64,000 nucleotides of DNA from Pristiophorus japonicus. Lineage: Eukaryota. Below the pieces are notes generated by a model. That model saw only the letters and a list, made by a program, of their open reading frames with translations. It searched no databases and was not told the DNA's origin. The stretch lies in assembly GCF_044704955.1 (NCBI RefSeq), contig NC_091985.1, positions 93,248,001-93,312,000 on the forward strand. The letters are read 5' to 3'. Position numbers and translations under genes: made by a program. Shown piece after piece: positions 44,270 through 57,690 of the stretch (the first letter of the stretch is position 1; every line of letters starts with the position of its first letter).

Positions 44270-45204
44270 TCATTTGAAACTTATTCTGCTACCGCAACCT
44301 GTAAATTAAATACATTTAATATATATCTACTGTTCATTGCAAACCTGCTGGAAAGAATGCTTAGAAACAATTAGTCTCATTTGTAGATTGATTATATAAT
44401 TATATGTTTAGCATTTAGTTAAAAAAAAAATATGCGAAGCATTTTCTCGAAATGCAAATACAGCAACAGGATATAGCACTATCAATCTGAACTATACATA
44501 TACATTTCAGATTCTTTATATTAATCAGATGACAATAGCTAGTTATCCTATGCAGTCATTTTTTTTTTAAAACTAGAAAATTGCCCGTGGTGTTGTCCAT
44601 GGTCAGTTAACAAATGTAAGTTTGGCAACAGAATTGGGAGACACGTCAGAAATTTGTTCCTCAATGCCGACTGGCCAGGGCGTGTAACTACATCATGGCA
44701 GTTGACATAGCAGTTTACAATAGAAAATACGGATAGAAAAATGTGACCAAACATCTTGACAACAGAAAGTAAGGTTTTAAGTACAGGAAATGAACACTAC
44801 ACAAGATTTTTAATATATAGACTTATTCCCCCCACCCCAACGTTGCATGGAGTCGTATCTCTACTGCTAAGAAGTGGCCATCTCCAAGGCCTTCTGCAAT
44901 GTCCCTTTCAGCCAACAGCTAAGAAACGCAGGTAACTGTTACCCAATGTTTACATTAACCCTCCATGAGCTTCAAGACCGGTCTGGTACTGTTGAGACCA
45001 GAAGCCAAGCAGAATGGAGAGTAATGGATCCTATATCCTCCTATTCCACCGCACTACTCATTACTGCTCCAATGCTCAGCATCAACACTACCTCATACAT
45101 TTCTAAATAATGACCTCAATTGAACAGGCGAACTTTGAACTAATTAAGCCGTTCCCATCAAAAGCCAGTTTCTTGATGAGCACAGTATAATTATATCTAT
45201 ATTA

Positions 45205-46893
45205 AGCTATAAAAACAGATAGCAAGAGCTTCTACAGGTATATAAAAAAGGAAGAGGGTAGCTAAAGTAAAAGTTGGTCCATTAGAGGATGAGACTGGAA
45301 AATGGCAAGAGACTTTGAACAAATATTTTGTATCGGTCTTCATGGTAGTAGACACTAAAAACGTCCCAATAATAAATCAAGTGGCTATAAGGAGGGAGGA
45401 ACTTAAAACAATCACTAAAGAAAAAGTACTCAGTAAAATAATGGTAGACAAGTCCCCTGGACCAGCAGATTAGAAAACTGCAAATGTAACACTATTTAAA
45501 AAAAGAGAGACAGAAAGCAGGAAACTATAGACCAGTTAGCCCAACATCTGTTGTTGGGAAAATGCTGGAGTCCATTATTAAGGAAGCAGTAGCAGGACAT
45601 TTGGAAAATCATAATACAGTCAAGCAGAGTCAGCATGGTTTAATGAAGGGGAAATCATGTTTGACAAATTTGCTCAAGTTCTTTGAGGATGTAACGAGCA
45701 GGGTGGATAAGGGGGAACTAGTAGATGTGGTGTATTTGGATTTCTAGAAGGCATTTGATAAGGTGCTACAAAAAAGATTACTGCACAAGATAAGAGTTCA
45801 CGGGGTTGGGGGTAATATATTAGCATGGATAGAGGATTGGCTAACTAACAGAAAACAGAGAGTTAGGATAAATGGGTCATTCTCCCGGTAACTAGTGCAG
45901 TGCCACAGGGATCGGTGTTGGGGCCTCAACTATTTACAATCTATATTAATGACTTGGATGAAGGGACTGATTGTAATGTAGCCAAGTTTGTAATGATACA
46001 AAGATGGGTGGGAAAGCAAGTTGTGAGGACAAAGAATCTGCAAAGGGATATAGACAGGCTAAGTGAGTGGGCAAACATTTGGCAGATGGAGTATAATGTG
46101 GGAAAATGTGAGGTTATCTACTTTGGCAGGAAAAATAAAAAAGCAAATTATTTAAATGGCGAGAGATTACAAAATACTGTAGTAGAGAGGGATCTGGGGG
46201 TCCTTGTGCATGAAACACAGTTAGTATGCATGTACAGCAAGTATTCAGGAAGGCAAATGGGATTTTGGCCTTTATTGCAAAGGGGATGGAGTATAAAAGC
46301 AGGGAAGTCCTGCGACAATCATACAGGGTATTTGTTAGACCACACCTGGAGTACTGCGTACAGTTTTGGTCTCTTTATTTGAGGGATATACTTGCATTGG
46401 AGGCAGTTCAGAGAAAGTTCACGAGGTTGATTCCTGAGATGAAGGGCTTGACTTAGGAAGAAGGGTTGAGCAGGTTGGGCCTATACTTATTGGAGTTTAG
46501 AAGAATGAGAGGTGATCTTATTGAAACATAAGATCCTGAGTGGGCTCGACAAGATAGATGCAAAGAGAATGCTTCCACTCATGGGGAATCTAGAACGAGG
46601 GGGCATAGTTTAAGAATAAGAGATCGCCTATTTAGAACTGAGATGAGGAGGAATATCTTCTCTCAGAGGGTCGTAAATCTGTGAAATTCTCTGACCCAGA
46701 GAGCTGTGGAGGCTGGGTCAGTGAATATATTTAAGGTGGAGATACAGATTTTTGAACGATAAGGGAAAAAAGGGTTATGGGGAGCAGGCAGGGAAGTGGA
46801 ACTGAGCGCAAGATCAGATCAGCTATGATCTTATTAAATGGCAGAGCAGATTCGAGGGGCCAAATAACCTACTCCTGCCCCTATTTCTTATGT
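45205..46893 (+). mobile_element. CR1 with internal deletions, RT and 3' end
   Basis: RT motifs in ORFs 45562..45747, 45900..46382, 46226..46456; tail CTATTTCTTATG. Confidence 0.92.
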
Positions 46894-47100
46894 AAGCTTT
46901 AAATCCTCAAGTAATTGCTTGGGGTGGGGGAAAAGAGAACTGGCAGAAAAAAAGAGATGCAGTGCACTGGAGCACGAACATGCAGCCTAACACAACCATA
47001 ATATGACCACACCCATAATCTTCCACACCACTAAAATGCCAAACTCAAATCAGGTTTAATATCTGGGAAAGAACAGCAGCATTAACTTTAAGAACACACT

Positions 47101-47612
47101 GGCTTTGGAGGGGGTACAGAGATGATTCACTAGGCTGATTCCGGAGATGAGGGGGTTACCTTATGATGATAGATTGAGTAGACTGGGTCTTCACTCGTTG
47201 GAGTTCAGAAGGATGAGGGGTGATCTTATAGAAACATTTAAAATAATGAAAGGGATAGACAAGATAGAGGCGGAGAGGTTGTTTCCACTGGTCGGGGAGA
47301 CTAGAACTAGGGGTCACAGCCTCAAAATACGGGGGAGCCAATTTAAAACAGAGGTGAGAAGGAATTTCTTCTCCCAGAGGGTTGTGAATCTGTGGAATTC
47401 TCTGCCCAAGGAAGCAGTTGAGGCTAGCTCATTGAATGTAGTGAAGTCACAGATAGATAGATTTTTAACAAATAAGGGAATTAAGGGTTACGGGGAGCGG
47501 GCGGGTAAGTGGAGCCGAGTCCACGGCCAGATCAGCCATGATCTTATTGAATGGCGGAGCAGGCTCGAGGGGCTAGATGGCCTACTCCTGTTCCTAATTC
47601 TTATGTTATGTT
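47101..47612 (+). mobile_element. CR1 family B 3' fragment
   Basis: Very similar to 3600-4090 and 26015-26519. Confidence 0.93.
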
Positions 47613-48239
47613 CACACAGATAACCTCCCAGAAGCAAAGATCAGGAGTTGGCAGACCGTTAAACTTATTTTCTCCTCCTGTAACACTGGGGAACTACAAA
47701 GGCGGCTTAACAAAAAAGCTTCTACCGTCTAAAGCATCATTATTTCTTCTCCGTGGATACCATCATTTGAAGCCTCCAAATTCACCAGAGCAACTTGACT
47801 GTTTTTTGCTCAGCTGCTTGCAAAATTTCTTCACCGCGACTGCAAAGTATACTGGACTGCATTGCTCTCTATAGAGCTGCCTGCTGATGGGTGTCATAAC
47901 AGGTCACGTGATCATCATCTAGTGGGTCTGGAATTCTCTCTCAAAATGACAGATGGCCAACGTTGTAAAGTGACAATTAACTGTTTCAAGGGAGCCACAC
48001 GATCGGAAGTCATCAGATCTGTATTCTTCTGTATGTGCTCATTATTGTATACAATAAAAAAAAACCTGTGTGCGATGATGTCCCCATTTTCCTTTGAGTA
48101 ACAGAGTCGTTAGGAAATTGGGACCAGGGAAGGGGGAGGAAAGAGAGAAAGGTGGGGAGGGGGGAGAAAGAAGCAGGAGTGTGCTATTGTTTGCAAGGGG
48201 ACCACACAGGCAAGTTTGAAAGGACATATGATAAAACAA

Positions 48240-48964
48240 GAATTGCATTTATATAGCGCCTATATCTGCAGAAGGACATAGACAGGCTAAGTGAGTGGGC
48301 AAAAATTTGGCAGATGGAGTATAATGTTGGAAAGTATGGTGTCATGCACTTTGGCAGAAAAAAAATCAAAGAGCAAGTTATTATTAAAATGGAGAAAGAT
48401 TGCAAAGTGCTGCAGTACAGCAGGACCTGGGGGTACTTATGCATGAAACACAAAAGGTTAGTATGCAGGTACAGCAAGTGATCAGGGAAGCCAATGGAAT
48501 CTTGGCCTTTATTACAAAGGGGGTGGAGTATAAAAGTAGGGAAGTCCTGCTACAGTGATACAGGGTATTGGTGAGGCCACAGCTGGAATACTGCATACAG
48601 TTTTGGTTTCCATATTTACCAAAGGATATACTTGCTTTGGAGGCAGTTCAGAGAAGGCTCACACTAGGTTGATTCCAGAGATGAGGGGGTTGACTTATGA
48701 GGAAAGGTTGAGCCTCTACTCATTGGAGTTCAGAAGAATGAGAGGTGATCTTATCAAAACGTGTAAGATTATGAAGGGGCTTGACAATGTGAATGCAGAG
48801 AGGATGTTTCCACTGATTGGGGAGACAAGAACTAGGGGGCATAATCTTAGAATAAGGGGCCACCCATTTAAAACTGAGATGGGGGAAGAATTTCCTCTGA
48901 GGGTTGTAAATCTGTGGAATTCGCTGCCTCAGAACGCTGTTGAAGCTGGGTCATTGAATACATT

Positions 48965-49006
<42 letters not shown>

Positions 49007-49472
49007 TTAACCGATAAGGGAATAAGGGGTTATGGGGAGCAGGCAGGGAAGTGGACCAGAGCCCATGATCGGATCAGCCTTGATCGTATTAAATGGCGGA
49101 GTCGGCTCGAGGAGCCATATGGCCTACTCCTGCTCCTATTGCTTATGTTCACGACCACCGGACGTCTCAAAGCACCTTACAGCCAATGAAATACTTTTGG
49201 AATGTAGCCACTGTTGTAATGTGGGAAATGTGGCAGCTAATTTTCACACAAGCAAGCTCCCACAAACAGCAATGTAATAATGACCAGATAATTTGGTTTA
49301 TGTTATGTTAATTGAGGGATAAATATTGGCCTGGACACTGGGGATAACTCCCCTGCTCGTCTTCGAAATAGTGCCATTGGATCTTTTACGTCCACCTGAG
49401 AGCACAGACGGGGCCTCGGTTTAACATCTCATCCGAAAGACAGCACCTCCAACAGTGCAGCGCTCCCTCAGC
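48240..49472 (-). mobile_element. Deu-domain SINE split by a CR1 (48262-49148)
   Basis: TTGCATTTATATAGCGCCT resumes as TTCACGACCACCGGACGTCTCAAAG; Deu core GATGAGATGTTAAACCGAGGCCCCGTCTG on minus. Confidence 0.85.
48262..49148 (+). mobile_element. CR1 3' fragment with (GA)n expansion, nested in a SINE
   Basis: RT C-terminus; (GA)n at 48968-49002; tail CCTATTGCTTATG. Confidence 0.92.
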
Positions 49473-50478
49473 TAACACTTAACTTTGTTTTGTTTAAAGA
49501 AGTAGCCTCTGCAGAGACTATCAAAAATTGCCATTGACGACTATATTTCAAGTCGTCAGGTCATTTCACGTTGGCGGGGTATTGGGAAAAGTTTTCAATA
49601 AGCAATAATCGTGCCTCGATTAAACTTCATCGGTTACGATACTGCCACTGCGCAAAGCTTGAAGTATAACTTTTGTTTCAAATTTTAATATAGTTGGAGC
49701 AGCCAGTTTGTCAATATTAGCAGTAGCCATTTACTGACACTTGTAGAGCTACCCTTCTCAAATTACAGTCGGTTCCCATGTGCAGAGGACAGAAAGATCA
49801 AAAACAATCCAGTTTAGTTCCCTAGCGTGATAAATATGATCAATTACTAAACATGGATTTTCATGTCAAAATAGGGAGCAGACTTGTCTAACTGCTCTAT
49901 GTGCACCCACAAATACAAAATTTTGCAGAGGAAAGTAACACCCAAAACAAACCATCTTTCGTCCAATGGGCAACTCAACATACTGTTTTCAAACATGTGA
50001 TTATTCAAGTTCAGTCCACATAATGCCAGACTCTCAGAATTACCCAAAACAATGTAAAGTTGGCATCTGGCAAATATTATTGGAGTATAGCAGTGCATTT
50101 GTCACCAAGAAATGCCAATGGCACAGAATCCTATTTGAAAGGACAATGAGAAGTTACCCCCTAAAGCTTCGGCCCCTTCCCTGCCCAAAGTAGTTGCTCA
50201 TGCTGAAGTACATTTCCATGGGTACAAGCACCAAAAATCAAAAGGGGAGGGGGGGGGGGGGGGGGAAGCCATGTTTAAAATATTTCCCAAAAAGGAAAGT
50301 TCTTTCAAATGTTTGTAAACAGAAAAAGTTCTAATTAAATTTAGTTACAAGATTTAAATTGTGATTTTAAAAATGTATTTTTTTAAAAATACAGATTCAT
50401 AATACAAGCAGGACATTGCAGTGAGCAGTGAAAAGTATGCATAGTGAATTCTCTCTGCAACTTTTGACAACTGTACAA

Positions 50479-51156
50479 ATACAGTTCACAAAATTTGCAT
50501 GATTACTGGGGGCCGTGCAGTTAGAAAATCATCAGTTAATTGGGAGACATTCTGTGGTAAGATTAAGATGCGTTAAATAAAATGTCCAAAAAAGCAATTA
50601 TTAGGCACATAGACAATGTATTGTGACAGTCTTAGATCTAATTCTTCAATTCCTAGTTTGTAGGGAGTTCTTGTAGACATCGTGACATGAATGGAGGATG
50701 GAGGATTATACGAGCAATATTAAATGCAACGGTCCTGCAAGAACAGGGCAGAAACATAAATGGCAATAAAAATCAAAAAAAAAATCGGTGCTACATGTGG
50801 GAGCTAAAAAACACTAGATACAGTTCACAAAATTTGCATGATTACTGGGGGCCGTGCAGTTAGAAAATCATCAGTTAATTGGGAGACATTCTGTGGTAAG
50901 ATTAAGATGCGTTAAATAAAATGTCCAAAAAAGCAATTATTAGGCACATAGACAATGTATTGTGACAGTCTTAGATCTAATTCTTCAATTCCTAGTTTGT
51001 AGGGAGTTCTTGTAGACATCGTGACATGAATGGAGGATGGAGGATTATACGAGCAATATTAAATGCAACGGTCCTGCAAGAACAGGGCAGAAACATAAAT
51101 GGCAATAAAAATCAAAAAAAAAATCGGTGCTACATGTGGGAGCTAAAAAACACTAG
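50479..51156. repeat. Tandem duplication, 2 x 339 bp
   Basis: 50479-50817 repeated at 50818-51156; no differences found by eye. Confidence 0.95.
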
Positions 51157-51420
51157 TGCAGATTGATAGTATAAAGGTTGGAACCTAAAATTACTAATTT
51201 GGCAAGTAGCTGAAATCAGCTGCATTACTGTTGACAAGTGTGAAGTCAGCAGGAAAATAAATCACTAAGTCAATCTTGTCCATCTCCCATCAGCTATAGA
51301 TCTACTACACTTACATACCATGTGGCGCGTCATCTGCTTGACCTTCCAGCTGAATTATGGTGCATGAAGAGCTCATTACTGATTCCGGTTAAACGCAAAC
51401 GGTTTTAAAAAGTAAAAAAG

Positions 51421-51863
51421 ACTTGGATTTATATAGCGCCTTTCACAACCACCGGACGTCTCAAAGCGCTTTACAGCCAATGAAGTACTTTTGAGTGTAG
51501 ACACTGTTGTAATGTTGGAAACTCGGCAACCAATTTGTGCACAGCAAACTCTCACAAACGGCAATGTGATAATGACCAGATAATCTGATTTTGTTATGTT
51601 GATTGAGGGATAAATATTGGCCAGGAGACTGGGGATAACTTCCCTGCTCTTCTTCGAAATAGCGCCATGGGATCTTTCCTTGGGTGGACGAGGCTTCAGT
51701 TTAATGTCTCATCCGAAGGACGGCACCTCCGACAGTGCAGCACTCCTTCAGCACTGCACTGGAGTGTCAGCATAGATTTATGTTCAAGTCTCTGGAGTGG
51801 GTCTTGAACCCACAACCTTCTGACTCAGATGAGAATGCTACCCAGTGAGCCACAGCTGACACT
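51421..51863 (-). mobile_element. Full-length Deu-domain tRNA SINE (SacSINE1/AmnSINE-like)
   Basis: Head with A-box TGGCTCACTGG and B-box GGTTCAAGACC; Deu core GTGCTGCACTGTCGGAGGTGCCGTCCTTCGGATGAGAC; L2-type tail. Confidence 0.88.
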
Positions 51864-52157
51864 GTATAATAATTTAACCAGCGATCAATTAAATGAGAGA
51901 ATTAAGTTTCCTATCAGAACTTTAAAGTTGGTGTCCAAAAGAATGACAATCACAGAAACTAGCTTGAGAATGAAAAGTTGACAATTTTACTCAGCTCCTG
52001 ATTTATATTAAAAAATGCTTTTCACTTTCAAGCCTCTCCCAAATTATACACTACCAGAGAGGATCTGCTAAGAGTTATGCTTACAGGCCTGAAATCATAT
52101 GGATCTATAAATATAAAGAACAAACTTGTTTTTATATAATGACTTTCATGATCTCAG

Positions 52158-53486
52158 TTGGGAAAATGCTGGAGTCAATTATTCAGGAAGCAATAGCAGG
52201 ACACTTGGAAAATCATAATGCAGTCAGAGTCAGCATAGGCTTATGAAAGGGAAATCATGTTTGACAAATTTGCTGGGAGTTCTTTGAGGATGTAACGAGC
52301 AGAGTGGATAAGTATGGAACCAGTGGATGTGGTGTATTTGGATTTCCAGAAGGCATTCGATAAGGTGCCACATAAAAGGTTACTGCACAAGATAAGAGCT
52401 CACGGGGTTGGGGGTACTCTATTAGCATGGATAGAAGATTGGCTAACTGACAGAAAGTCGGAATAATGGGCCATTTTCCGGTTGGTAAATGGTAACTAGT
52501 GCAGTGCCACAGGAATCGGTGCTGGGACCTCAAATATTTACAATCTATATTAGTGACTTGGAAGAAGGGACTGAGTGTAATGTAGCCACGTTTGCCGATG
52601 ATACAAAGATGGGTGGGAAAGCAAGTTGTGAGGAGGACACAAAGAATCTGCAAAGGGATATAGACAGGCTGAGTGGAAAAACATTTGGTAGATGTGAGAA
52701 AGTGTGAGGTTATCCACTTTGACAGGAAAAAATAAAAATGCTAATTATTATTTAAATGGAGACAGTTTGCAAAATGTTGTACCTGTAGTAGAGGAACCTG
52801 GGGCCCTTGTGCATGAAACACAAAAAGTTAGTATGCAGGTACAGCAAGTAATCAGGAAAGCAAATAGAATGTTGGCCTATATTGCAAGAGAGTATAAAAA
52901 GCAGAGAAGTCCTGCTACAACTGTACAGAGTATTGGTGAGACCACATCTAGAGCACTGCGTACAGTTTTGGTCTCCTTATTTAAAGGAGGGATATATTTG
53001 CATTGGAGGCAGTTCAGAGAAGGTTTACTCGGTTGATTCCTGAGATGAGGAGTTGTCATATGAAGAAAGGTTGAGCAGGTGGGGCCTATACTCATAGTGG
53101 AGTTTAGAAGAATGAGAGGTGATCATCTTGAAACATACAAGATACTGAGGGGGCTCGACAAGGTAGATGCAGAGAGGATGTTTCCACTCGTGGGGGAATC
53201 TAGAACTAGGGGACATAATTTAAGATAAGGGGTCACCCATTTAGAACGGAGATGAGGAATTTCTTCTGAGGGTCGTAAATCTGTGAAATTTTCTGACCCG
53301 GAGATCTGTGGCAGCTGGGTCATTGAATATATTTAAGGTGGAGATAGACAGATTTTTGAACAATAAGGGAGTGAAGAGTTATGGGGAGCGGGCAGGGAAG
53401 TGCAGCTGAGCCCAAGATCTTATTGAATGTCGGAGCAGGCTCGAGGGGTCAAATGACCTACTCCTGCTCCTATTTCTTATGTTCTT
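52158..53486 (+). mobile_element. CR1 RT and 3' end nested in a Deu-SINE tail remnant (52122-52157 and 53487-53600)
   Basis: RT motifs; tail TTTCTTATGTTCTT; the flanks join into the SINE tail. Confidence 0.9.
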
Positions 53487-54239
53487 TTCTAAAGTGCTTC
53501 ACAGCCAATTAAGTACTTTTGACATGTAGTCACTGTTGCAATGTAGAAAATACATCAGCTAATTTGCACAATGTCCCACAAACAGAAATGAAATAAAATG
53601 CGTAAGTTTAAAAAAAAAGGTTGATCACTTCAGCTGTTCACTCAGTGGAGAAACACAGCTTACACACATCTTTCTACAGCAATTTGGAGACTAATACCTT
53701 AAGAAAAATTGAATTCCTCGCTTCCAAACAATCTTTGGAAAAAAAAAATTCCGGCTTCTAGATGTCATTTTATATACAATCATGGAAATATTACAACTGT
53801 TAACAGAAAAATAGATTTAATGGACCATACCTCGTGTCAGCCAATGACACTGGCAACTTGAGATGAACATGGACCTGCTTTACATTGGTACAAACACTGC
53901 CCTAGCTTGGTGATTCACTGTACTTCTAGTAATGTTTGTTATTCTTCACAAGAATGGTTAGGATGAAGGTGGCCTATCAGATTTCATCTTTTCAGAATAC
54001 CAATTCGACAGTCTTCATGTTACAGCATCTAGTTACTGCATAAATAAATGCAATGTCTTTGCCTCAACCACTTGGCAACATGTTTGAGACATTAATGACC
54101 TCACTTAAATATTACACAAGCTGAATATGGATCGAGCAAAATAGGCAATTATATATATTTTTTTTAAAGTACACAAAACCTCAATTTTAATTACATTTTG
54201 GGGGACAATTAAGCTCAATCCTTATTTAAACAAGATTTT

Positions 54240-54840
54240 AGAAACAGACCTGGGGTATATTTGCACAAGATCGTTGAAGGTGGAAGGTTGAGAAAGCGGT
54301 TACAAAAGCTTAGGGGATCCTGGGCTTCATAAATAGAAGTACCTGTATAGAATACAAAAGCGTGGAAATGATAAACCTGTATAAAACACTGGTTCGGCCT
54401 CAACTGGAGTATTGTGTCCAATTCTGGGCACGCACTTTAGGAAGAATGTGAAGGTCTTAGAGAGAGAGTGCAGAAAGGATTTGAGAATGATTCCAGTTTC
54501 GTCGATAGATTGGAAAAGCTGGGGTTGTTCTCCTTAGGGCAGAGAAGATTTGATAGAGGTGTTCAAAATCTTGATGGGTTTGGATAGAGTAGATAGAGAG
54601 AAACTGCTCTCATTGGCAGAAGGATCGAGAACCCGAGGACACAGATTTAAAGGTGATTGGCTAGAATTTGGAATGCAATGCCAGAAAGGGCGGTGGAGAC
54701 AGACTCGATCACTGTTTTCAAAAGGGAGTCGGATAAGCACCTGAAAGAATTTTTTTTGCAGGGCTACAGGGAAAGGGCGAGGGTGTAGGACTAGCCGGCA
54801 CGGGCTCGACTGGCCGCCTTCTGCGCTGTAACCATTCTAG
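54240..54840 (+). mobile_element. Older CR1 3' fragment
   Basis: [12 protein letters not shown] and LIEVFKIL; CR1 3' UTR. Confidence 0.85.
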
Positions 54841-56782
54841 CTCATGTTAACAAATGAGACTTAACAAATAAAAATAGAATTACTGCAGAATTACTTTGAA
54901 AATTATAATAGTGGTATAATTAGAATAAACCATTTCAGGGATTTGATAAATAGCTGTTATTCGTGAAGTAGACCCTAACCAACATGAACATTGGTTGTTT
55001 GAAAGTTATTAAAGCAAAATAGATTCTCTGCGCCCGATTTATTTTTACATATAATGCACACAATTGGTAATAAGTATTTCCCACGGCATATTTTGTTAAT
55101 ACCAAGAAATTGCCAGATTATATATTTTGATCTGTATCTTGCATGACTCCCGGTCAAAGAAGGAAATTAGCGATACTTGTACAACTCTTGAAGCTAAGGT
55201 ACAATCACCATCAAAATGCTGCACCTTCCCTGTGAGGCAAAGGATTTCCTCCATATTTATTCTCTCCATCTCCCTGTACAGGAAGGACGGGTACTCTGGT
55301 CCAAGCCATGCATGCCCCAGGTGTACTTGTCTCTTTCCTCTTGACATTACGGTTTGCAAAATTTTCTATGCTCCTTATGTTCCTACAGCCATGGAGTATT
55401 TTTGTCGGTTCCAAATAATTATGCCACACCCGCCCAATTAGACTGATCCTACGGATACCTGAAAATCATGTGCATGACTTTTTCTAATGCAAATTCTTGC
55501 CACAAGCGGTTGGCTATTGCAGTACTGCCATTCTGCTCTTTCCCTTTGTAACCAGAGTGCATCCCCCCATCCCAGCTATTGTCGTGCAAATCACAAATTT
55601 CAAAAAAGATTAAAAAGACTTGGAATTCAAATTTATCTTTGCTGATTGACAATCTGTTTGGAGAAAAAAAATCAAATTCACAAGAGCAATACAACCATCA
55701 TGTTTTAGTCTTCACTAGGGGGAGATTTATTACTAGTTATGACAATGAACTTGGTAGACAACAAAGAATCATTGAATGTTAGAGCATGTATTAATTAGGT
55801 TGAAGTTAGTATACTTGGAAAGCACCACCAGAGCTATCTACTTTAACCCGATTTCTCTCGTTATTCCTAGTACTCTTCAATACATTTATTTTTCAAATAT
55901 TTATTTCCTACTTAAAATTTGCAATCAACTCCACTTCGACAGCAACTCAGTATTCCATATCCCAATAATTATGGGTAAATAAATTCCTTCTAATTGCCCC
56001 TATGCATCAAATACTAAACAAGTTTATGGTCCTTTGTACACTGACAAGTGGAAATATTTTAATATTTACCCTCAAAACCTAGGTGCGTTTTTACAATTTA
56101 TTTCACATTCCTGATTAGCTGAAGGCATCTACGTTGCACTTGGCTCCAATATTCCTCTCCGATTGTATTTGATGCCCCATGTGTAAACCAGAATACTGTC
56201 CATCCTTTATAGCATTTGCAACTGCAATCCTCCTTTTAAAAGATCCAGCTGTTTTGCTTCTTCATTGAGAACGTTATTATACAGAACATATTCCAATTCT
56301 GTGTTCGCCCCAATGCACGCGCCCCCCCGCCCCCAATTGTCTTACCTCACATTAAATGCATTTGCCTCCAGCTGTTCTTCTACTCCAAACAACATTTTAC
56401 TATTCAGAATATATTCCATTCTCTGTTCTCCAGCCGCTCCAAAGTTTATTACCTCACAGCAATCTATATATTGAACTGCATTTGCCACATATAACCTATC
56501 AATGTCTTACTGAGGTCAAATTAGAGGTTCACTCAAAGTAAATAACTGGTTTTCTTCCTCTGTTTAAAAGGACTGCGTAAAGCACCAAATATAAACAAAG
56601 AGTGTGATGCTCTCAAAACTTTAATATATAACTGCCATGCCCATATTAGTTAACTGCATGAAGGACAACAGGTCCCAACAAAGATCCCCGAGGTACTTCA
56701 TTGTAGCATTAAGATTATGAACCAAACTTCAGTATTGTTAGTGATGACACAATCTGTACCCCTTTGAGATTGCAATGTTATT

Positions 56783-57656
56783 GGTTCTGAATTTGCGGGC
56801 GGTATGATGGCATGAGTCACCTTTGAAGCCGACTGCAACTTTGGGATTTGGTGCATGTGGAAATCCCGAAGTTGCGGTCGGTCAATGACAGCTCTGAAAC
56901 TGGTACGGATATGGACTACGACCTCACGCAGCTCACCCACTCCCCAAAGAATGCCTTGCAGCCACTCAGTGACATCCTTGACCTTGGCGACATACCATCC
57001 TGGAGTCTGCGGCTGCAGAAACGCCTCCCTGACTATTGAAACCCCTACCACTACTGCTGTTCCACCCTGCTCACCCACCTCACATAGAGCCGGCAATCAG
57101 TGAAATCTCATAAATCATTGAAACTGACGAAAACGTCAGCTCTTCCGCAGTAAGTACGCTGTTAAATTCCCCACTAAAAGTTGGACCCAAAGTGATTAGG
57201 TGTATCTGGAGTTTTAACAGCATGTTTGATTGCTAAACAAATACTAAGAACCTGGAAAACTCATTTAATTTTGTGCAATGTGAAATTTGTCCATTTTAAT
57301 AAAAAATTAAATTGAAGACACTTTTCCAAAAGTTTAAAAAAAAATTAAGTTTCTGCATCTTTATTTTAGGTTTGCCTTTTCCTCATGAGCTCCAATCTTT
57401 TGCTCTCTATTTTAAAAAGTTAACCCACTTCTTTGTTCACTGTCTGAGAATTCTGTCTTTTGATTGATGTCAACAGGATGTCTAAGCAGCCAAAGCACTG
57501 TACACAAGGGGATCCCCATTAAGTTCCATTGAATTGAATTTTCAAGATCGAAAACCCGAAGTTCTCGACACAGGGATTGTGAGATCCCTATACGAAGCGT
57601 ACTTTGGGGCCAGCAGCAAACACCTTTGCTTCGCTGCTGGATACAAATTCCAGGCC
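56783..57656. mobile_element. PIF/Harbinger-like MITE containing a CR1 ORF1 fragment
   Basis: Imperfect TIRs GGTTCTGAATTTG / CAAATTCCAGGCC; 3-bp ATT duplication; internal hairpin. Confidence 0.55.
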
Positions 57657-57690
57657 ATTGTATTTAGCCTTCAAACTTGCAATACACCAT

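Noticed and set aside
51790-51863. tRNA gene from A/B boxes (also 61150-61228 and 9593-9670)
   Set aside because: These are SINE heads continuing into SINE bodies; no complete cloverleaf.
57124-57139. CTGACGAAAACGTCAG as a hammerhead core
   Set aside because: Simple self-complementary hairpin with no helix II or separate GAAA; lies inside a MITE.
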